NCBI GenBank assembly: GCA_964645605.1
Contig: CAZYCE010000002.1
Coordinates: 67,256 to 131,255, forward strand
Length of the DNA: 64,000 nt
Reading direction: 5' to 3'
From: an uncultured Gammaproteobacteria bacterium
GTDB taxonomy: Bacteria; Patescibacteriota; Microgenomatia; UBA8517
Shown: piece by piece, positions 57,542 through 64,000 of the stretch
Position numbering within the stretch: position 1 is the first letter of the stretch
Layout of the letters: every line of letters begins with the position of its first letter
Made by a program: the position numbers and the translations under genes
The notes under the pieces: generated by a model
Database searches by the model: none
Told to the model about the DNA's origin: nothing
What the model saw: the letters and a program-made list of their open reading frames with translations, nothing else

Positions 57542-58768
57542 TTATTGCTCTAATTCCATATTAAAATATTTAAGATATATCTTAACAGTATTATCTATTT
57601 TATATTTGAAATTGTGTTTAGATGCTTTTTCATTAAGCAAGTTGCAAATACAATTAATACATTTTTGATTAGAAGAACCCTCCTCTAATAGATGGTTTCT
57701 ATTAATTTCCGCAGAACCCGTATTGTTGAATGCTAAAACAGTCAAGCCACACGCCAGTGCCTCCAGATTTGCCATGCTTGCATTTTCCATAGCAGAAGTC
57801 ATAAAAAACAAATTGGAAGCACTATAATATTTAGCTAAATTCTCAGGATTTTTTTGATAAGGACGATAAAGAATATTTTTATCTTGTATCTCTTTGTTTG
57901 TTCTACCCAAACAAACAAATAATAAATCCTTGTTATTGCGCAATGAATTGGACACTCTCTTAAATATTTCGAATCTTTTTTTTCTGTCATGTTTATTACC
58001 GCTATAGATACCCAAAATTATTTTTTTGTCTAACGGCAAATTTAGACTTTTTCTTGCAAGTTTTTTGTCTGTCGGGTGAAATATTTTCGTGTCAACACCA
58101 TTTTGAATAACACCCATTTTCTTGTCACCAAAGATATTAGTACTTTCCGCAACACCTTTGAGCCATTTGGAAGGTGAAATAATTCTAAAATTGCTTTCTT
58201 TATAAATATCATGTTTACGTGTCCATAAATATTTCGAGTTATTCCAAAGCATTGGTTGATAGTGATAAATTCCCGAAGTAAAGTGCTTACCATGATTAAA
58301 GTGCTTACATTCAAAACAAAAGCCACAATGAGATGTCATTGACCACATGTCGTGTAGGGTCCAAACAACCGGCTTCCGCTTTGTTACTTCAATTAGCGTA
58401 GATAGTTTAAAATAATGACCATGCAAATTGTGGATGTGAACAATATCCGCCCCCTTAAACCACGGATGATTAATAATTTCGTGTGAGGCTCCAAAATCAA
58501 TATCATTTGAAAAAATAAAAGCTCTCAAGTGCCTGAGGTAGCGCAGAACATTATTCCCGAAAATATTTCGGATGAATTCTGAAAATATGCTTGCTGAGAT
58601 TACATCGACATCCGACGATTTTGTATATTTATAACCAACCAGATATCTAACCTGGTTCCCTTCTTTTCTAATTTTATTTCCCAATTGCCAAGCTAAATTT
58701 GCTGCCCCACCTATTGCGTCAGTTGTATTTATAATTAATATTTTCATAATATTATTTTTTTGCAACAA
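57542..58768 (-). CDS. Glycosyltransferase family 4-like (GT-B)
   Basis: 408 aa. MENASMANLEALACGLTVLAF (E-x7-E). Confidence 0.6.
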   Translation of the reverse strand: MLQKNNIMKILIINTTDAIGGAANLAWQLGNKIRKEGNQVRYLVGYKYTKSSDVDVISASIFSEFIRNIFGNNVLRYLRHLRAFIFSNDIDFGASHEIINHPWFKGADIVHIHNLHGHYFKLSTLIEVTKRKPVVWTLHDMWSMTSHCGFCFECKHFNHGKHFTSGIYHYQPMLWNNSKYLWTRKHDIYKESNFRIISPSKWLKGVAESTNIFGDKKMGVIQNGVDTKIFHPTDKKLARKSLNLPLDKKIILGIYSGNKHDRKKRFEIFKRVSNSLRNNKDLLFVCLGRTNKEIQDKNILYRPYQKNPENLAKYYSASNLFFMTSAMENASMANLEALACGLTVLAFNNTGSAEINRNHLLEEGSSNQKCINCICNLLNEKASKHNFKYKIDNTVKIYLKYFNMELEQ

Positions 58769-59492
58769 TGAAGATATGCGTTGAGATCAACCTATTACGA
58801 ATACCAATTTTGGCTAGTAGTAGACCTACAAAATTTAACCCATATGTAAGAATTCTCAAAAATGGAGACCTTTCAGAAATAGATTCTAGCCAAACCAGTT
58901 TGCCACTTACATAAAATACTTTATACGATTCGGGTTTTAACGACCCCACAATTTTTTTCAAACTTTGGATGTTCATAGAATTTAGATTATGAGTCTTAAT
59001 ATTATCTGGATCAAACAAAATTTGGTATGCTCCATTTAAACCCAAAAAATTTGGCAATCCGATTATCATGCTTCCACCCTGAGAAACCAGTTGCCAATGT
59101 TTATTGATTACATCATTTGTATCGTTAAAATGCTCAATAAAACCCAGAGAAAAAACAAGATCGTATTTTTTAGATGTTTTATATTTAAAAAAGTCAGTTT
59201 CGGAAATATCTATATTGCCACAAGGCAAACCATTTACTTCAACATTTTTACCAATAATCCCCCGATCTACCACAAAATCAAGAATTGTCGATTTGTAACC
59301 AAAATATTTACTAAAATAGATGGCATAGTTCCCAGGAAAACCTCCAATTTCAATCATGTTTTTGTAATTTTTATTTTTTAGATACTTTTCAAAAATATTG
59401 TTAAAGCTAAAAATTCTTGAAATTTTTTGTACATGCGGCTTGCTACTCCAATATTTTTTCCAAAAAGCGATGTCTGTAAGTTCTTTGTTCAT
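58752..59492 (-). CDS. Class I SAM-dependent methyltransferase
   Basis: 246 aa. MIEIGGFPGNY (motif I) and DLVFSLGFIEHF (motif II/III). Confidence 0.65.
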   Translation of the reverse strand: MNKELTDIAFWKKYWSSKPHVQKISRIFSFNNIFEKYLKNKNYKNMIEIGGFPGNYAIYFSKYFGYKSTILDFVVDRGIIGKNVEVNGLPCGNIDISETDFFKYKTSKKYDLVFSLGFIEHFNDTNDVINKHWQLVSQGGSMIIGLPNFLGLNGAYQILFDPDNIKTHNLNSMNIQSLKKIVGSLKPESYKVFYVSGKLVWLESISERSPFLRILTYGLNFVGLLLAKIGIRNRLISTHIFIVAKK

Positions 59493-60388
59493 TATAAATT
59501 TCCAAACATGGATTTCGCTAACAAGGATAATACTACAAACGGATTCATGTATACATTTCTCTCCGTAACCAAATCAGCCTTTTTATTTTCAACTATGTTG
59601 TTCGGATGTTTCAATGGAAAATTTATTTTTTCAGTTTTCATCCCCATTGTTCTTATCTTAAAAAAAGTATGAGTCGCCTGTTTCCCGTACCCGGTATTTG
59701 AAACAAGATTTACTTTCGGAATGATGGTCAATTTTTGATTTTTAAACGCAGTATATGACCAAATGTATGCCCAGGAATTAATTTCACCTTGATAAACCAA
59801 TTTAAATATTTGTTTCCAATACATTACTGAAAATATATTTTGAAAATAATTTTGGAAACTCTTATCTTTACTAATAACGAGCCAGTCTTTCATTGAGTCG
59901 TCATATAACTTCCAACCTCTCCTCCATGTTGCCCATCCCCAAGAATGTACATATTTTGAAAAATAGTAACTTTCTTTAATTTTTGTCTTTCCAAATTGAA
60001 AATTATTTCCGGAAATAGATATTATTTCATCACTATCTTTATACTTTTCAAGAAGTTCGTCGCAAAACTTGAAAAAAGATTCATCGATTGTCAAATCATC
60101 CTCCAGAATGATGGCTCTATCAACACTCTTAAACACCCAATCGAGCCCATTTACCATATTTCTTCTTAAACCATTATTTATTTTAGAATACCTTTTATGT
60201 ATCGTACAATTCCAGTCTATTTTTTCAACTTCGTTCCTGGCCTGTCTACATTTGCCGAAATCCGTATCATCTTTTGGTCCATCAGCAATAACATAAATAG
60301 TTTTAGGTTTAATATTCCGTAGAACATCAATAATTTTTTTCGTCAGGTATGACCTATTATAAATAATTAAAACAATTGGGGCTTTCAT
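59492..60388 (-). CDS. Putative GT-A fold glycosyltransferase (DxD-like ILEDDL)
   Basis: 298 aa. IVLIIYNRSYL, ILEDDL and HSWGWATWRRGW. Confidence 0.45.
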   Translation of the reverse strand: MKAPIVLIIYNRSYLTKKIIDVLRNIKPKTIYVIADGPKDDTDFGKCRQARNEVEKIDWNCTIHKRYSKINNGLRRNMVNGLDWVFKSVDRAIILEDDLTIDESFFKFCDELLEKYKDSDEIISISGNNFQFGKTKIKESYYFSKYVHSWGWATWRRGWKLYDDSMKDWLVISKDKSFQNYFQNIFSVMYWKQIFKLVYQGEINSWAYIWSYTAFKNQKLTIIPKVNLVSNTGYGKQATHTFFKIRTMGMKTEKINFPLKHPNNIVENKKADLVTERNVYMNPFVVLSLLAKSMFGNL

Positions 60389-60417
60389 TTGGTTATTACG
60401 CTATCCAAAATTATCTT

Positions 60418-61806
60418 TTAATATTTTATTCCACCTGATAACTTTCTATAAAAATTAAAAATTACCAAAAAGGTCGATATCAGAACCAATACTTTCCAGA
60501 ATATACTAAACTTATCCAGAGATCCACCTAGGGCTGAAAAATCTGTATAGGATGATATTAATCTGTAAAATATTGTTCCACCAAAAAATATTAATAAATA
60601 AAACAAACAAAACAATAACAACAAAGACACTTCCTTTCCCATTTTTAATTTTGTTAAATATAGAAAAACACATATAAAAAGAATTGGTATCAGCATATCT
60701 AATATCACAGAGTTAAAAACCATTACAAAGGAGTCTGATATTGTTTTTAGACTAAAATTATATAAATAGGCAGACAGTTTGGTCACAAAACTAAACTGAG
60801 ATATGCGCAACTTATCAAATTCAAAACTATAATAGGATAAATATTTTCCGGATGCATATCCCACAAAATAGTTAGAGGTTAAAAATATAAGAAGACCAAC
60901 CAAATAACGTTTTTTAAATAACAATCTCTTAACCAGCAGATAAATTATTAAGAACACAAGTGCAGCCATCCATATGGGTTCATTTCGGGTAAATCTGCTA
61001 AAGACGAAAAACAAGCTACCCAAAACCAGGTAATTTATTTTTTCCCTAGATAACCATTTAACTAAATAAAGAGTGCCTAAAACCAAAAAGGTTGACTGAA
61101 TTAAATTTGATGATACACGTACTGACCAATCGTAAAATAACGGATAAAAAGAAATCAGAAATGCTAAAGCTAAGCCAACTTTTTTATTCGTTAAATTTTT
61201 AGCAAATGCGTAAACCCCAAAAATCAGAGATAAAAATATCAAAGTATAAATGAATTTGGGGTTGGTACTTCCAGCAACATATAAAATTGAATGCATGAGA
61301 GAAGTCAAAAGAGGATAAGAAATGTCATAAAAGGACCGGGCGGAAAAAAATATACTTTGGGCGGTAACAATTAATTTTGCTCTATAGTCATACATCTGGA
61401 CAGCGTCCCACATCCAGATGGGCCAATATAAATTTCTAATAATAGAGGTCAGCAAGAAAAATCCTATGCCACCAACAGAAACCTTCTCAAATAAGTCTAA
61501 ATTTTTAAAAAATTTGATGGGGAAAAAATCATGTAATGAATATTTGTTCTTTAATATAATTTTATTGACCAGAATCAAAATTAAATTCCCCGTTACCAAG
61601 AAAATAAAAACGTTTTGAAAATTAAATTTATAACCGATAAAGCCAAGAAGAAAAAGCCCAAAAGTTGTGAGTCCAATTCCCAACATAAAACCTGAGGATA
61701 ATTCTTCCGCTAATCCAGACTTAATTCTAAACAATTTAAAAAAATTAATTCCCGAAAACAGAATCATTAAAAGAAACAATGTTTGTTTTAAAATATTTAA
61801 TATCAT
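60418..61806 (-). CDS. Polytopic membrane protein (GT-C or O-antigen-polymerase-like, tentative)
   Basis: 462 aa, about 12 TM helices. Very AT-rich. Confidence 0.45.
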   Translation of the reverse strand: MILNILKQTLFLLMILFSGINFFKLFRIKSGLAEELSSGFMLGIGLTTFGLFLLGFIGYKFNFQNVFIFLVTGNLILILVNKIILKNKYSLHDFFPIKFFKNLDLFEKVSVGGIGFFLLTSIIRNLYWPIWMWDAVQMYDYRAKLIVTAQSIFFSARSFYDISYPLLTSLMHSILYVAGSTNPKFIYTLIFLSLIFGVYAFAKNLTNKKVGLALAFLISFYPLFYDWSVRVSSNLIQSTFLVLGTLYLVKWLSREKINYLVLGSLFFVFSRFTRNEPIWMAALVFLIIYLLVKRLLFKKRYLVGLLIFLTSNYFVGYASGKYLSYYSFEFDKLRISQFSFVTKLSAYLYNFSLKTISDSFVMVFNSVILDMLIPILFICVFLYLTKLKMGKEVSLLLLFCLFYLLIFFGGTIFYRLISSYTDFSALGGSLDKFSIFWKVLVLISTFLVIFNFYRKLSGGIKY

Positions 61807-62816
61807 TTTTTTATTTCAATAATTCCCCACACATTTTTCCCTCTAAAATCATCGGGGTTGTAATTGCCATAGAAAACATTTTGCACATAAGTTCCATTGT
61901 CTTGTTGAATGAGATAGACAATCTTATCTGATTTTACGGGAAAATCCGGCCAAATGTAATTTACTTGAGAAGGGCCATCATATATCGGGTGCAAATATCC
62001 TTTGGCAAGAACTATGTATTCATAGTTGTCGTTGTCCATTTCGGAACCGTAATTTATAAGTGTTCTGTCAGTCAAGAAATACCTGAAATATTCAATTCTG
62101 CCGTCAACACTATGCGGTGCAATATCTACAGGAAGTAAAATTGAGTTCCCGGAATTGGTATTATCCCCAATCAGTGAAATGTATCTATATAGAAGTCCCC
62201 ACTTAATCGTCATCTTTTCCTGATATGAATAATTAAGATGGGTAAAAATAAATATCATATCTGACGCTGCATCACTGAATGTTATATAAAATTTGCTACC
62301 TACGAAAACCAATATTAGAACTGCGGCTACACTTACAGGAAGTATATTTTTCTTATTTTTAATTCCATATATGTCTTTTGCGGTTTTAATTATAGTTTCT
62401 GGCCTAACCATCTGTATCAAAAGAAGAAAAAAACTTAAGAGAACTAAATTAAAAAAAATCCTGGGCTGAATATGAAAGGTTACAAAGGAATAATTGGAGT
62501 ATTTTGCCGAATTTAAAAAAAACATAACAAAATAGAAAGCAGTAATTGGAATAAAAAATACAGTGTTGAGTCTCAAAAGCAACTTTTCTAAAACGGTGGG
62601 TTTGTAATTTTTATTTTCTATCCTAAGGAAAAGGATTAAAAATGCCGAAAAGATAGAAACAGCTAGGAAAAAACCGGTTGGCAGGAAAATATGCTTACTC
62701 AAAAATCCGGAATATTTATATGACTCTATCAAAAGGAAAAATCCAGAAACACTAATCAGATACGGAAAGATAGTCTTATTTAAGGTTAGTATTTTTCTAA
62801 AAAATTTATTTTTCAC
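61803..62816 (-). CDS. Membrane protein with C-terminal extracytoplasmic domain (hypothetical)
   Basis: 337 aa. About 6 TM helices followed by a soluble domain. Overlaps its neighbours by 4 nt at each end. Confidence 0.4.
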   Translation of the reverse strand: MKNKFFRKILTLNKTIFPYLISVSGFFLLIESYKYSGFLSKHIFLPTGFFLAVSIFSAFLILFLRIENKNYKPTVLEKLLLRLNTVFFIPITAFYFVMFFLNSAKYSNYSFVTFHIQPRIFFNLVLLSFFLLLIQMVRPETIIKTAKDIYGIKNKKNILPVSVAAVLILVFVGSKFYITFSDAASDMIFIFTHLNYSYQEKMTIKWGLLYRYISLIGDNTNSGNSILLPVDIAPHSVDGRIEYFRYFLTDRTLINYGSEMDNDNYEYIVLAKGYLHPIYDGPSQVNYIWPDFPVKSDKIVYLIQQDNGTYVQNVFYGNYNPDDFRGKNVWGIIEIKK

Positions 62817-64000
62817 TTAGTAATTTCATTAGTTGGATAGAAACCAGCTTTGATGTTCCCATATTGAATCATTTTAAATCCTGATAGATATGGTGTACAA
62901 GGTAATTGTGAGTTTCCACAACGATCACCATTTACTGGAGTCCAAACATAAAAGGACTGATCCGGATAATTAATGATAAACGGCTTTACTAAAGTACTTT
63001 CTTCTTTTTGAACAGTAAACAACTCCGGTTCTTTCTTCAAATCCACGGCATTTAGAAGGTAGCCGGATATTGTAAATATAAATAATAAAACAATTAGATT
63101 TTTGAAATGAGCATATTTAAGGAAATCAGTTAAGAATGGTGGCAAAATTAATGAAATAACAACATAAATATATATACCCATAAACCTAAAATCCGGAGCC
63201 GTTATAAATGTGTATAAAAGGGATGCCAAATTCATAAATATTAAAAAGTCGATCTTTTTAATATTATTTATTACATTTTGATTCTCTTTAAATTTATACC
63301 TAGAAAAAAAATAGGCAAACGTCAGTGGGATTACGCTAAATAAATAATATAAATTAGGCTTATTATTATTGAACCAATTTATAAACCAACCCCAAAAACC
63401 AACATTTAAAGAACTTAGATATTTTGGACCCGGTAATCTTGCCCAAGCCTTAACAACATCATTAAAATTTCTGGCGATTTCTATCGGCACTTGCCACTGA
63501 AAATGAACACCAAGAATTGGCAATGGAAAAAAGGGCCAGCCAGATAAAATTAGGTTACGGAGTATGAAACCAAGAAAGAACGCCAAGGTAAATAGTAAAA
63601 ATATTATATTTTTCTTTGATGATAAAAGTATACTTTTTAACTCAATTATAACAAACAAAAAAAATAAAATTAAACCTACAAAATAAGAATATTTCGTTGT
63701 AGCAGCCATGGCAAATAATGGAACCGCCAATATTAAATTTTCCTTATCTAAAAGTAGAGTATAGAAAGCAGATACCAAGACAAAGATCGTCAATCCAAAA
63801 TCGGTTGAAAGAGAATTAATCTGACCAACAAACATAGACATAACTAAAAGAGAAAAAAGTCCAAATATACGAATTAGGTTATTTTTATTTTTACTAAACA
63901 AGAATGTAATTATCTGAAAAGCAAAAACTACAAATAAAAGAGAATTCACTACATGAGTGGAAGCATTTGTAAAAACACCATGACCCATAATCGCCGCCAA
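62813..64000 (-). CDS. Membrane protein with C-terminal extracytoplasmic domain (hypothetical). The 5' end is truncated by the window edge
   Basis: More than 395 aa. Multiple TM helices then a soluble C-terminal domain. Its architecture resembles the downstream paralog at 61803-62816. Confidence 0.4.
   Translation of the reverse strand: MAAIMGHGVFTNASTHVVNSLLFVVFAFQIITFLFSKNKNNLIRIFGLFSLLVMSMFVGQINSLSTDFGLTIFVLVSAFYTLLLDKENLILAVPLFAMAATTKYSYFVGLILFFLFVIIELKSILLSSKKNIIFLLFTLAFFLGFILRNLILSGWPFFPLPILGVHFQWQVPIEIARNFNDVVKAWARLPGPKYLSSLNVGFWGWFINWFNNNKPNLYYLFSVIPLTFAYFFSRYKFKENQNVINNIKKIDFLIFMNLASLLYTFITAPDFRFMGIYIYVVISLILPPFLTDFLKYAHFKNLIVLLFIFTISGYLLNAVDLKKEPELFTVQKEESTLVKPFIINYPDQSFYVWTPVNGDRCGNSQLPCTPYLSGFKMIQYGNIKAGFYPTNEITK

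Overview
This 64 kb window reads like a streamlined genome of a low-GC, probably monoderm bacterium. Almost every gene lies on the minus strand with short gaps or 4-nt overlaps, which is consistent with a CPR/Patescibacteria-like lineage; that assignment is inference. No rRNA, tRNA or CRISPR array was found. The window has two parts.

First part (about 0.1-19.4 kb): an atypical division/cell-wall (dcw) super-operon. Gene order is mraZ-rsmH-ftsL-ftsI-murA-yvcK-glmS-nagB-(small ORF)-PP2C phosphatase-murE-glmU-like-HAD-murC-murB::murD fusion-DegT-like-murI-ddl. Upstream of mraZ there is a 10-bp-periodic direct-repeat element that looks like an MraZ operator. Notable points are an in-frame MurB-MurD fusion ORF, a MurA with Asp in place of the fosfomycin-target Cys, a PP2C phosphatase embedded in the cluster, and glmS next to nagB. 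The canonical murF, mraY, ftsW, murG and ftsQAZ genes are absent from the cluster.

Middle (19.4-29.9 kb): glyQS, an LCP-family transferase, an orphan Cas4-like Fe-S PD-(D/E)xK nuclease, a DEDD exonuclease, a cupin, an ABC-3 metal transporter pair (ATPase + permease), recO, and a large membrane-anchored exoprotein (DUF4012-like).

Second part (29.9-64 kb): a surface-glycan megacluster of about 34 kb. It holds an initiating phosphoglycosyl transferase (WbaP-like), ManC, about 11 GT4/GT2/GT-A glycosyltransferases, a Wzx flippase, a Wzy/O-antigen-ligase-like protein, a hexapeptide acetyltransferase, a PaaK/CapK-like adenylating enzyme, a SAM methyltransferase, and an unusual expansion of at least eight polytopic GT-C (ArnT/PMT-like) membrane proteins. 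GC content falls from about 45-50% in the dcw region to about 26-30% in the last 8 kb, which suggests a variable or horizontally acquired serotype-like locus.

All calls rest on reading the translated ORFs for family motifs. No database search was possible.
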